A DNA stretch of 52,571 bases, the filler included, from Catajapyx aquilonaris (taxonomy: Eukaryota), in assembly GCA_000934665.2 (NCBI GenBank). It is 3 parts of 3 records of this genome, joined end to end, with 100 filler letters (N's around TTAATTAATTAA, not from the genome) between each part and the next. Parts side by side here need not be neighbours in the genome. Positions count along the whole stretch, not along the records: positions 17,621 to 35,047 come from JYFJ02006950.1; positions 35,148 to 52,571 come from JYFJ02006951.1; 1 more part is not named here. The stretch is one strand, 5' to 3'. The position numbers and the translations under genes were made by a program. This document shows, one piece after another, positions 25,001-37,857 of this stretch. Within the stretch, counting starts at the first letter, position 1, and each line of letters begins with the position of its first letter. The notes below the pieces were generated by a model. The model was not told where the DNA came from and searched no databases. It saw only the letters and a program-made list of their open reading frames with translations.

Positions 25001-28000
25001 ACCCAAATAAGCACAACAGGTTCTCTCTCAGAACACTCACCTGGATGAAAAATATTTTCGGCTTTCCAGCCAGGGATGGGCACCTGCTGGCAGTGAATGG
25101 CTCCCACAGCTCCTGGTGATTGTATGCAACATCTCGTGCATACACTGTCCCCAGTCCACCATGCGAAAGCACCACAACCACCAAGCAGTCACAGTCTCTG
25201 TGATCAGTCTTCGCCACTGGAATATTAGAATTTTCTTGATTATCGAAATGCAATGGACTTATTATTTCCATATGCAAAAGGCTGCAGTCAATAGCCACAT
25301 GTCCTCAAAATGCAGTGGAACCTGTAATATGGGAATCATTCCACTTCTATGAATTTATTTGCAATTACAGTAACTGCAGTTATTTCCTTCATATCGGACT
25401 ATGCCCAAATATAGGTATAGTCATTGAACGTCACAGGAAGATACCGCCTATGCATAACTCACTATACAGGGTGGTCTGTAAATGGCGCACAAGCTTCAGG
25501 TAGCGAGAATCCTTGTGAAAAACCAGTATATGGAAGTGAAGGTCATATTGCTCTACGATGCCTGGTTAGGGCTCACGAGGCCTCCAAAGTTTGGACCAAA
25601 TCATGACGTCACATCTGCCGGAGAAAATTCAAACACTACCGTATGGCTACCGTATGAGGTGTGTTACTAGGCGTTGCCATGTTGACACCCCCCACATTTT
25701 CACCAAACAAATGTATAATATAAAAATCCTTGCGGGCGTTGGCCGAGTCCTCTGATTGGTCCGCCCCCATATTGTTTCCACCACCGCTTTCTATTGGCCC
25801 CCGTTACTACGACGCATTGTTACCATGACCCCTCCGATTGGCCCCGTTCCGAGCATGCGCAATGGGTGGGAGAACGCCGCAGTCGCTTGCTGGACGTCAA
25901 CGAGGACGCATCATTCTCCTCTCCCGTGAAGACCCCTCCACCCTTCCACCCACCCACGTCTTCATGGTGACCTCACAACAGGGGAGGGGGAAATGGAAGC
26001 CGTAAACAAGCCGAACACTGGACTACGGTCGGGATGTTGTTTATCAGTGCAGTGGTGCCAAACTGCCAACTCCGTGGACATTTATAAAGCAAAATAATTT
26101 CAGTTTTTTTAACCTTTTGACGGCAGAGTTTTTGAGCCATTGCCTTACCCCAGGGCCTGAGTTCTTTTTCCCCTTTTCCGGAAATTTGATGAAGAGTGAT
26201 ATTTTTAATGAATAATAATCCGCGGACTGCCCGGATTACCTATCGTTACCTGATCAAAATGACCCTGTGACCCATTTTTGTGGGGCAGAGGTCAAGTCAT
26301 AAAACTCCGACCTCACCTATTTTCTTGAAATTCGGTGCATTGGCATATGCCCCCCTCCAATGTGGGTCAATTTCGAGCAGGTAACTATAGGTGCGTTTTC
26401 ATCCCTTGGGGTGGGCTACCAATGCACCGAATTTCAAGACCATCGGTGAGGTCGGAATTTTACGAGTTGAAAAATGTCCCAAGTTGTTAGGGCAAACTCA
26501 AGACATCATAATTATGATGTCCGTAGTCGTCAAAGGGTTAAAGAAGGTCAACTTCCTGTCAACACTGCAGGGAGAGTTTGTAAGCAAGCAGGATTGGCCG
26601 CGATATTCAACACTGAACCCGGGAATAGGTCGAGAATATCAAAAGAAATTGTCGGGAAGAATAATGAAATCAGTACTTGATCGTCTTTCTGCAGAGTTCC
26701 ATGGATGTTTATAATAAAGGGGAGTTATGATTATGAGCAGTTACAAAACCTGGTCGGAAAGTGTGCATATAATTTAGATACGTGTGTGCGATGAGTGCAT
26801 GCGAGCAGAGGCGGTAGAGGTTGTGAATTTCTGTTCGTACAATAATTTATTGGGTTTTTTTTTAATTCAAAAGGAATTGGTATGTTGAGGTGAGCAAATG
26901 CATGCAGAGTATATTTCCCAGCCAATGCAATGCAAAGGTGGGATTTCAGACGGTTCGCAAGGTAGTACGGAATCGTGGATAATAGTACAGAATCACGGAC
27001 GGAGGAACGGGTGGGGTGGGAGTATACATATGATTGGGGGATGGGCATCATCACTTGGCTATAAGTCGGAGGCGATTTAAAATGCAGTGTCCAACGGAGG
27101 GGTACGCCTGTGCCATAGAAAAATTCGATCGGAGCGAGGGTTTTTCTAGTGGAACCGTATAAACTCACAGGGACGTGGCCTGTGAGTTTATACTGTTCCA
27201 TTGTTCAGTGAAAATGTGGGGGATGTCAACATGGTACCGCCCCGCGTATGGTAGCAATACAGTAGTGTTTGAATTTCGCGGGCGGATGTGACGTCATGAT
27301 TTTGCCCAACTTTGGAGATCTCGCGATCCCTAACCAGGCATCGCCGAGCAATAGGACATTCACTTCCACATACTGGTTCAGTGGTTTGTCACAAGGAATC
27401 TCGCTACCTGAAGCTTGGACGCCATTTACCGACCACCCTGTATAGTAGTTAGATCAGTGCAGCTGTAGGGCAAAATATCTATGATCGTATCTTCTCATAT
27501 TCTCCTGATTAAAAAATTGGCTCAAATCACCAACCTTACCCAACACCAACACTGAGCTTCTCCATATTTATACTCACACTCCTCAATTGCCTTATCCACA
27601 TCTGCTTTGGTGAGGTCGCGCTTCACCTCTACTTTGAAACCTAGTCCCTGCAGCCTCTTCTTCAGGTTGCCAGCATCTACTTGTGTCCCATGCCGGATTG
27701 GCAGCTTCAACTTTTTATCAAACGTATGGTGGTTGAGGATCACTGCAAATCCTCGGTTCGAGTGGTCCATTTTATATTCGTCATCACCTTCATCTATAGC
27801 AAGGTGGGGGATACCATCGGGTGCACCACTGCCCAAGAGAAATTAAATTCAGAAGTCAAATCAGTTACACAATAATAAATCTCCCATTACTGTATTACCC
27901 CACTTAAAGCGGCATGCCTGTATAAAACGAGGTCAACCACCATGCCGGTATGACCCGGGGGTGGCTGGCATGCCACAATACCCCAGTCAATCTAGACTGA

Positions 28001-28624
28001 AAAACAGCTAAAGGTGGAAATTTGAGATAGAAACTAATTTTTGGTACAGTTGTCCTTCATGATGTTCTCAAACAGTGTGTAAAAGTCCCGGAGTGTCCGA
28101 CGCTTGCTTCGTCCGGGACAGCGCAAAAAGTACCTATGTGACACTTGTGCAGGAAAGATACGATAAAATGCCCCATAACCCCCAAATAAACTGCAATGGA
28201 AATGAACTTTTCACCATTTGTTCAGAAAAATGTGGAGAATAACATATCCAAAGTTCACAGCGATTGGTGGGGGGGAATCCGCCGCCATCTTGGAAAATGG
28301 CGGCGAAAAGGGGTGTTTTGGTTTTGGATTTATCTCGTAAATGACTGCGTGTATGTGGATTTATGTAGAATACAAAATGAAAGATCCCACTAGTTCGCAC
28401 ATATTCGGTCCCTATCACTATTGTGTAGTGGGAATATCTACAAAGTTATCACCGATTATATTGACGCCGCATAACCACTCTAAGCGGATGCAGGGAAGTT
28501 TATTCCAGCATTTCAAAACCACACTATTTCCTTCAGAAACTCACCCTCCATCATTGTTTGGATCATCTCCAACTTCTGATATCCCCACTTCATTTCCATT
28601 GTTGGAATGTTGCATGTTGTCCAT
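22025..28624 (-). CDS. Effector caspase B (DrICE/Dcp-1/Sf-caspase-1-like), 439 aa, with 145-aa Pro-rich C-terminal extension. Exons 28624-28545, 27828-27578, 25216-25041, 24901-24757, 22692-22025
   Basis: Motifs YKMDHSNRG, RHGTQVDA, LSHG, GKPKIFFIQ|ACQG, DFLFAFS, YSWRN..GSWFI and KQIP. All introns are GT-AG with phases 2,1,0,1, identical to caspase A. AATAAA lies on the minus strand at 21859-21854. Confidence 0.92.
23280..23543. mobile_element. hAT-type MITE nested in the previous element
   Basis: TIRs CATGGAGGCAG...CTGCCTCCATG with perfect 8-bp TSD GTTTGTGC. Confidence 0.88.
23566..23726. mobile_element. Fold-back MITE (nested)
   Basis: ~60-bp inverted arms CAGTGTTGGTCATAAATTGAGGCAACTGCCAGCGACATTT... 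/ ...TTTATGACCAACACTG. Confidence 0.8.
25467..27440. mobile_element. Non-autonomous Tc1/mariner-superfamily element with long (~235 bp) TIRs in caspase B intron 2
   Basis: TA|CAGGGTGGTC...GACCACCCTG|TA. The inverted arms match from 25467-~25705 to ~27205-27440. There is an internal palindrome at ~26297-26465 and no transposase ORF. Confidence 0.87.
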
Positions 28625-28821
28625 GATTCAAGTGCAGATCAGGCTAGCAAATGATCAAAGTGTGATCTGCAAATTAATCATCATTAATATCACATCTCAA
28701 ATGACAAAATGCAAGTGAAATACACCAGATTCTGCCTAAATATGGTCATAAAGTTTTAATCATCACCAAGCAAGAAGAGAGCTACTTAGACAATACTTGG
28801 TGGTTGAGAGTTAGTCCTTCT

Positions 28822-29190
28822 CTACATATGACCCACCCAGAGTGGCACACTTCTCCCATCGATAGATGAGCTGGCAGATTGTTGTATAAGTCCTATTTGG
28901 CTGTTCAGGCAGTGCTCCACCTCGAAAATGACCTCGTCAACGTCCTGGAAATGCTTCCCACATATTGGATTCTTCAGCCGAGGAATGAGAAAGTAGTCAC
29001 TGGGTGCCAGGTCAGGAGAGTATGGTGGATGGAGAAGAATTTCATTACCCAAACTAGCCGCAAAAAATGTGTCACTGTCTGGTGAGCAGAATGGGATGGG
29101 GCATTGTCGTGGACAAGTCGCAACCCCTTCTTCAGCATTCCGCGAAGTTTTGCTTCATGATGCCCTCCCGAAACTTGATTATTAGGTTAG
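28822..29190 (-). pseudogene. Mariner (DD34D) transposase remnant
   Basis: HPPYSPDLAPSDYFL motif, with HDNA upstream in another frame (frameshifted). Confidence 0.88.
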
Positions 29191-29781
29191 TTCCTGGGGA
29201 TTGTTTGCACTAGGGCCTGCAGGTTTCACAATTCCCGGTTCGCACTGACAAGGGAGAGACAGTCGCCCTCTTTGTGGTTCGTCTTGCAGACTTGTTTGAC
29301 ATTTGAAACTTCTATGCTACCTTACCACTAGTGTCATAACTATTACAGGGCAATGTCGCCGTACCCGGAAACCCCAGCATGAATCCCTTTGGTTTTGTGC
29401 CCCTTCAAAAATGTAGGGGGAACCTCGATCTGCTGCACCAATTTGGTTTGGACGCTGTAGCGGTGATCTGCAGAATTATTTGCACCTGCTGAGAGTTCAA
29501 GGATGTGTGCTTTCCCCCCAGCAAAAATAGTTACGACATTCTCTCTTTATAAATGCAATAATTAAAACTTCTAGACCATACATAACGTACAGGTTTGGTT
29601 GGATGCACCTGCTTCCCAGGTTTTCCCAGGTTTTTCTACCGTCAGCCACGACCGTTATTCATCCGTACCGGTCCATACATTAGCCGCAGGCCATTACACC
29701 GGTAAAGCAGCCATTGCCTGAGCTTATTATTACCAGCTGATTACCAGCCCCAGTGCTTAAAACAAGTGCAAATATGCTTAC

Positions 29782-29891
29782 CAAATATTGTTCTGACCCA
29801 GGGAGTGGAGGCAAATCTTCTTTTGTGAAATACACTCCGTCTACCCATACGACACCTGCAGCAGGGAGGGAAGGGGAAGATTTGGCGGCAA
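29782..29891 (-). promoter_or_regulatory. Putative promoter and non-coding first exon of caspase B
   Basis: Donor TTG|GTAAGC at 29781. The region is homologous to 34548-34640 upstream of caspase A. The ATG exon has an acceptor at 28666 with upstream UTR. Confidence 0.5.
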
Positions 29892-30462
29892 ACCGTCAGC
29901 TAAGAGCTAACAAAGAAAAGGACACAGGCCCTGCTGCTGGCCACGAGAGTGCGCCACTTGCCGTGACACCCGTTGTCGTAGCACCCTCTTCTGCGGATGG
30001 AGGTCGCTGAAATTTTTTTGCATGATTTTCTACTACTTCTGTCAGGATGTTGCAACATGACATGAATCCATATAGATGGAATAGAATAATTTAGAGAGGA
30101 GGAGGAAAGATGTGGCGGGTAATCTGTACGACAGCTACAGCAAATTCTGCAATATATTTGCACACGATTTTACCTGGAAGTATATTCCGACAGTAGGGAT
30201 CAGGACCAGTTCGACTGGAGCACGGGACAGCCTCAAATTTAAAGAAAAGGAGCCGGAAACGGTAAATTTTCAGATCGACGGCCGCCATGTTGGAAATCGA
30301 CGGGAGTCCGAACAGGCCCTTCAACTGTTACTGGGCAGCGGTGGGAACGCAACCCACAAAAAATCAAAGATGGCCGACATGAAAATCATCTCAATAATTT
30401 CCCATCAAAAGAAGGCCATTTCCATACCTCTGAGTGCTTGTCTACCTGTCCACATGATGTGC

Positions 30463-30770
30463 AATTCTCCAGCATGAAGCCTGAAAGAGTTGCAACCAGC
30501 ACCTGCAAGTCATGCGTCAGTTCTTGCCGTTTTATTGCCAGTTTACTACTATTATAAACGCTCACTATGACATCATATTGGATGGAATCACACTGTACCC
30601 GAATTGTTTGGAAAAGTCTGCTGCTTTCAGAGTGCAAACACAGTTGTCTGTTTGTTGCTCAAGGCACTGAAGGCTTCATTCACAAGTGAGCAAATGATGC
30701 GAGCACACTGCGGACTGCAGTGAACTCTTGTGGTCCTCTTCACCTCAAGTAAGCCCTACGTTTGTGCGCA
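30463..30770. repeat. Segment duplicated at 34736-35047 (part of the caspase tandem unit)
   Basis: Near-identical text AATTCTCCAGCATGAAGCCTGAAAGAGTT...GTAAGCCCTACGTT at both places. Confidence 0.92.
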
Positions 30771-31361
30771 ATCAATGCAAAAATATGGCAAAAAGTCTCT
30801 CTTTCGGTATGGCAGATAATGGCTACAACAATACTTCCAACGAAAAAAAAAAGAAGGAAAAGCGCATACCTAGAGCGGCTTCTGAGGTAAACGTTTTCCC
30901 TCGTTATACAATCATGCAGCGACACGCACACAAAACAAACTAGAATTTTCATGAAATCACGAAAAGCACTCATTAGCACCAAACATCACAGTTACAGCAA
31001 TGGTATGTATTGCTAACGAGAATAACTCGCACTCAGTATAAGCTTTGAAAGACGTAAATGATAAAGCAAAGCAAGGAAGAAGCGCAGCAAAATATTTTCT
31101 GCCAACAGTTACATACGATTTAACTAATTGTGCAATTGGAGTAGCAATCAAAAAACTCAATATCAAAAAACCTGATTATGCCATAAGGCGATGCTACCAA
31201 AAAAAAATCATAATATGATTCAGTCGGGTAAAAGACAAATTAACGAATCTGCTGGAAATTATGGAAAAAAATTAGCACAGAATCTGTCAAGTTCCCACCT
31301 CACATTTTCCCTTGTCAAACCAAATTCAATTGTTACTCATGTTAAGCCCACTCTTCAACTG

Positions 31362-33162
31362 CTACTTGGGTGTGAAGAAGATGTTTCGAGTCAACATGGT
31401 TGTCACGCATGGTATCTGCTTCTTCTGGTGCATTATCTGGTCGCTTGGTACGTTCGACTCGAAATGGAAGGCCACTCGCCTGATGACGGTGGTCAGCATG
31501 CTTAGAAGGTCCATGCTGTTTCCATGTTGATCCAGTACGTGGCACAGGGCTTGGATGAACCAGGATCCACTTCTTTTGTTGCGCCAGGCGAAATACCCTG
31601 TTGCAACCCAGGAACAAATCAGTCAAGCCATGGTCAGTTTATACTGTGTGGTCAACTGACTTAATTAGGTGCTACTTCAGTAACAAGCAGATATGCTCAC
31701 AAAGGGATTGTGATGACAAGTGTACACTCTACTCGCTACAGTATGAAAGTGAGGCAGAGTCTGCGTGCATCATTGTTTCCCTGTTTTCAGCAAGTAACTG
31801 CACCTTCTGAGCCACATAGCATTATGAAAAAATACGTGCGAACCATGTGGTGGTAATTTTTTTGTTACCATGTGTTATGTGGCTCACATGACTGTGAATT
31901 CAACCCTGACATACTATCAAGCTGCGTTTAATTGCTCCAAAAGTATCCAGTCATTATGTGCTGCACCATTCTGGTCATAATTCGAAATAATTACTCTCAA
32001 TAGGTCTGTTTATTGGCCAGGGTAGCCCTGGTGTAACGTCAGCGTTAGGTATACCTGGAATGGTGGAATAGGCAATCAAGAAGTCCTCAGGGACAGTCAT
32101 CTTGCACGCATCGTAGTTGTCGGTGGAAGTCCTCCTCATGGCAACTTCAGCTCCAGAGTCCACCTGGTCACCTTGGCAGGCCTGATTTTGGCAAAACAAG
32201 TGTCACTTTCTAATCAATTACCAGAAAAAAACACTAACTAAAAGCTCTTACCTGTACGAAAAAGATTTTCGGTTTTCCTGCGAGCGTAGGGCTGCTGCTA
32301 GTGGTGAAGAGTTCCCAAAGCATCTGGGGCTTGTATGGAGCATCTTTCGCATACAGAACACCCATCTCGCCATGAGACAGGACAGCAATAAACACACAAT
32401 CACAGTCGGTGTGATTCGCAAACGCCACTGAAACACCATAATGCCACAAAATAACATAAAGCATTTGCACACCAAAAGTATTACACTTACAATGACACAA
32501 AACTCCCGGATCCAATAATATTGGCTCAATGACAGTGAACCAAGGTATATACTCACACTTTTCAATTTCTTTCTGAACCTCTGCAGCGGTTAGGTCCTGC
32601 TTCAGTACCACATCGAAGCCCAGAACCTCCAGCCTCTCCTTCAAGTTGGCCGCATCCACATCTGTCCCATCCCTTGGCGGCAGTTTCAACTTTTTACCGA
32701 ACTCCTTGTGGTTTAGAATTAATGCATGACCCCTGTGGAAATGGTTCATCTTGTAGTTCGGGTCGACAGACTTCAAATAAAAGTCTGGCATGCCGCCTGC
32801 ACATAAGCCAGGCGCACAACTGCCAAAGAGAAATTAAACGAAGAAATCAGATTCATCATGCATCACAATAGTAAATCTAACTACCAGTGAAACACCTGCC
32901 CATGTTGGACACTGGATATATCAAAAACTTGTCCAACACGTAATTTTTGCCAGTTGCCCAAAGGTGGGCCAAGTCTACGAAAAAGTGCAAGTTCAATATG
33001 CAACAACAGGATGCATCTAGGCCACTTATCATCCTGCATCTAACGCAGTTTATTCCAGCATTTCAAAACCACCCTATTCCCTTCAGAAACTCACCCTCCA
33101 TCATTGCGTAGCTGGCGCAGTTCTCCAACTTCTGGGATCGCACCTGTGTTATGCATGTCCAT
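31362..33162 (-). CDS. Effector caspase A (DrICE/Dcp-1/Sf-caspase-1-like), 289 aa. Exons 33162-33095, 32819-32557, 32427-32252, 32181-32055, 31597-31362
   Basis: Motifs YKMNHFHRG, RDGTDVDA, LSHGEMG, GKPKIFFVQ|ACQG, DFLIAYSTIPG|YFAWRN..GSWFIQ and KQIPCVTTMLTR..FTPK*. GT-AG introns give a continuous 870-nt frame. Confidence 0.95.
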
Positions 33163-33330
33163 GAAGAAATGCAAATGATCAGCGTACGATCTGCAAATTA
33201 ATCATCATCAGTGACATTCACATCTCAAATGACAAAATGCAATTGAAATACACCAGATGTAGCCTAAATATTTTTATTTATTTATCTGAGGGGAAGAGGG
33301 ATCTGGGGGGGAAGAGATGCAGCCTAAATA

Positions 33331-33945
33331 CAGGGTGATCGAAAAAGAATGCGCAGATTTTGAAACCCTATAACTCGAAAACTGGTATACATATGTAAAT
33401 GATTTAAAGTTTGTAGTGCTAAGCAAGGTCTACAGTTATGGTCTTGGTATAGTTTGGTTCGATATGAGCTCCAGTTGTCGCTCAGAAAATGTAAATATGG
33501 TAATCGATGTTGTGCCTAACCCGCTCAGACATATCTGGCGTTACTGTTGCGAATACTGTAGGTGCTGGATCTTTTCACCATACTTGTATCCCCACTAAAA
33601 AGTCCATCGGGATCAGATCTGGACTCCTTGGGGCTAGAACGCTAGACATTGAGAAACTTCTCATTCAAGACTTCGCATACTGCGAGGCTGAAAAAAGAAC
33701 AACTACAAGTTTTTGAGTTAAGGCCGGTATCCACGTACGAGAATCTCGCATACGAGGAGCCGCGAGGAGCATGCCCAGATACGAGGAAAGAGGAAAAAGT
33801 AGACAATTTTCTACTTTTTCCCCTTTTCCTCGTATCTGGGCATGAGCAGTTGGCTCCTCGTGGCTCCTCGTATGCGAGATTCTCGTACGTGGATACCGGC
33901 CTTTATAAGGTTTCAAAATATGCGCATTATTTTTTGATCACCCTG
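33331..33945 (-). mobile_element. Internally deleted Tc1/mariner element with transposase remnant
   Basis: TA|CAGGGTGATC...GATCACCCTG|TA TIRs. Minus-strand remnants PRSPDLIPMDF and ATTGAHIE. Confidence 0.85.
33721..33902. mobile_element. PIF/Harbinger (Tourist-like) palindromic MITE nested in the Tc1/mariner element
   Basis: Almost fully palindromic AGGCCGGTATCCACGTACGAG...CTCGTACGTGGATACCGGCCT, with TTA target duplication on both sides. Confidence 0.85.
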
Positions 33946-34139
33946 TACTGTTAACCGTAAAAGTAGTGTCGCACCGTTACGTGATGGCGTCCGCGACTTT
34001 GTTTAGCATGGGAGTTGCCGAGTTATGGATGTTAATTTGGTAATATTCCGAAATCCACAACCCATGCTAAACAACAAGTCCCAGGCGCTATCACATAACA
34101 GTGCGACATTACTTTTGCGGTTAACAGTACATAACTACA

Positions 34140-34348
34140 GAACCCGGCCGAGGTCGGTGACTTTTCTCCGGGTGGTAGAAAAGTGAGAGCGTGCCTTCCT
34201 TCGGACGGGAAGTAAAGTCGTCGGTCCCGTGTGCTTGTGACATTGCGCGAGTGCACGTTAAAGATCCCCAGAGTGGCCAAATTTCCAGGAGGAGGACCAC
34301 CCCCTGCCGTCGAGGCAGAAATAGGCCGACGTTAAGCACCACTGAACC
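34140..34348 (+). mobile_element. 5'-truncated SINE with 15-bp TSD
   Basis: Flanked by CAGTACATAACTACA (34125-34139 and 34349-34363). It starts at a B-box remnant (GAACCCGG) and contains the GTGCACGTTAAAGA.CCCCA body motif seen in arthropod SINEs. Confidence 0.75.
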
Positions 34349-34547
34349 CAGTACATAACTACATAGAGGTTTTGACAATAATGTTGACCAATGTGACTGC
34401 AATGGTGGGCTTCCCATATTTTAAATCCTGCCATTGGCCACGCCCTTTAGTGTGTACATAAGAGGCCATTACACTAGCTGGTAAAGCAGCCTGCATTATC
34501 TGAACTTATTACAGGCTTACAACACGTGCAAAAATATGCCCACGTAC

Positions 34548-34648
34548 TTGTAGATCCAGAGAGTGGAACAGACGAAACTCTTCTATGTGAAATGCACTGC
34601 GTCACCCGTACTGAACGTCCGTTGCTAGATTTGGCGGCAACCGGAAGT
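34548..34648 (-). promoter_or_regulatory. Putative promoter and non-coding first exon of caspase A
   Basis: Homologous to 29782-29891. Donor AA|GTACGT at 34547, conserved AGATTTGGCGGCAA and an adjacent CCGGAAGT. Confidence 0.45.
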
Positions 34649-35047
34649 ACCGGTACCGCGGTAGTACAACTGTACCGGTAAGACCACCAGTATTTCCATA
34701 CTTCTGATTACTTATCAACCCGTCCATATGAAGTCAAATTCTCCAGCATGAAGCCTGAAAGAGTTTCAACCAGTACCTGCAAGTCATGCGTCAGTTCTTG
34801 CTGTTTTATTGCCAGTTTACTACAATTATAAACGCTCACTAAGACATCATATTGGGTGGAATCACACTGTACCCGAATTGTTTGGAAAAGTCTGCTGCTT
34901 CCAGAGTCTAAACACAGTTGTCCTTTTGTTGCTCAAGGCACTGAAGGCTTCATTCACAAGTGAGCAAATAATGAGGTCCACTGTGGATGGCAGTGAACTC
35001 TTGTGGTCCTCTTCACCTTATGTAAGCCCTACGTTCTGCGTGCACTC

Positions 35048-35147
35048 NNNNNNNNNNNNNNNNNNNNNNNNNNNNNNNNNNNNNNNNNNNNTTAATTAAT
35101 TAANNNNNNNNNNNNNNNNNNNNNNNNNNNNNNNNNNNNNNNNNNNN
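35048..35147. other. Artificial contig spacer (N44-TTAATTAATTAA-N44)
   Basis: Identical to 17521-17620. Confidence 0.97.
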
Positions 35148-35235
35148 TAATTATTGCAAAGGTTACTACTAAATCAATGAGTCACTCCTATGGAAAAGTC
35201 TTTCATAACCCGAGCAACGCCGGGTATCCTGCTAG
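35148..35235 (+). mobile_element. Helitron 3' terminus
   Basis: Hairpin ACCCGAGCAACGCCGGGT (35208-35225) followed closely by CTAG|T. Confidence 0.7.
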
Positions 35236-35300
35236 TACAGTATAAACGGTGCAGGCAAGAGTGAAGGTGGTGACATGAGCAAAAAGTCATTACTTGTCGT

Positions 35301-36774
<1,474 letters not shown>

Positions 36775-36848
36775 CTCAGAGGATGCTGCACTTGACTGAA
36801 TCAGACGACTCCTTTCTCTCTGGAGTCCAAGGGGCTTACTGCTTGAAT

Positions 36849-36882
36849 AGTGACATTGGTGACCTCAGATGAAACATTTATA
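36849..36882 (-). promoter_or_regulatory. Candidate TATA box and initiator of the FREP gene
   Basis: TATAAA at 36882-36877 with TCACT about 25-30 nt downstream, ~80 nt before the ATG. Confidence 0.45.
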
Positions 36883-37556
36883 GGCAGAGGGCGAGGCCTC
36901 CTTAAGAACATCACGTGTGCCATGGTTAGGAAATTTTATGCTATTTGAACCTCCCTTGCTCACATGAGTATATTGGCGTGGTTGGCTGGATGTGTAATGG
37001 GTCATAATATATTATGATGGAGGTGTTCACTTTATTTTTGTGCTGAGATAAGTAATGGGTGTTTACATGATGACCTTCATCAAAGTCAGGAGGTGTGAGC
37101 CCGTCAAATATTCACTGGTCAAAAGAAGGTCTGAGCTCTCGTTACCCTGACAGTTCTTTGTTACAACTGAGAACTCCCTTATATGTTATATAATTATTAT
37201 GTCCCCACGAGATTGTAAAATATTGAGTACAGCACGATGTCATAAAGTGTGCCACATGTTTGTGGCTTCTAAAAATGAAATCACATTATTGACAGAGTGA
37301 CAAAATCATATTATTGTTTATTGAAGTTCATTAATTAGAATAGATAAGTACAAGTACATGGTATTTTTGGGGAGACAGGCACCAATTGTAAGGCAGCTTC
37401 AACAGTTACATCATGTAAATAGCAAACAATACATACATTACATATTATAAAATGGACTGTTGACGAATTATTACTTAAATAACTTATATGTAGTATCCTA
37501 AATCCTATTGAATACTTAATATCTGGTAACATCCCTGCTTATATCGTATAATGCCC

Positions 37557-37857
37557 AATGACAACAATAACAACAATAATGATGATGATGATGATGATTA
37601 CTAAGCTGAAATAGGGAAGTGGGAATGTTCCCAAGGGAGGGCTCTATTGGATAGTTTCAAAGTCACTTTGGACCATCTAAAGATGCACACCTTTTCTCCT
37701 GGCCCTGGGCAGAGAAGGGAGTGCAAATCTGCCCGGACACGTAGGGTGAAAATAAGAAAAAGACCCGACCAAGAAGAAGGTGACGGGGACGGGATCTGAA
37801 CCCCGCACCTCCCTCTTGGCTGGCCAGTAGCATAGCCACTAGACCACCGTGTCCCCC
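37557..37857 (-). mobile_element. tRNA-Gly-derived SINE, copy A
   Basis: 5' GGGGGACACGGTGGTCTAGTGG (A box) and GGTTCAGATCCC (B box). The head resembles tRNA-Gly(GCC), and there is an (ATC)n tail. Confidence 0.82.

Noticed and set aside
22025..33162. A single gene encoding two fused caspase domains
   Set aside because: Caspase A has its own stop (31364-31362), and B has its own ATG exon and promoter-like region.
37780..37857. Functional tRNA genes (also near 42496, 44843 and 50922)
   Set aside because: A and B boxes are present, but the cloverleaf stems are degenerate and followed by SINE bodies and tails.
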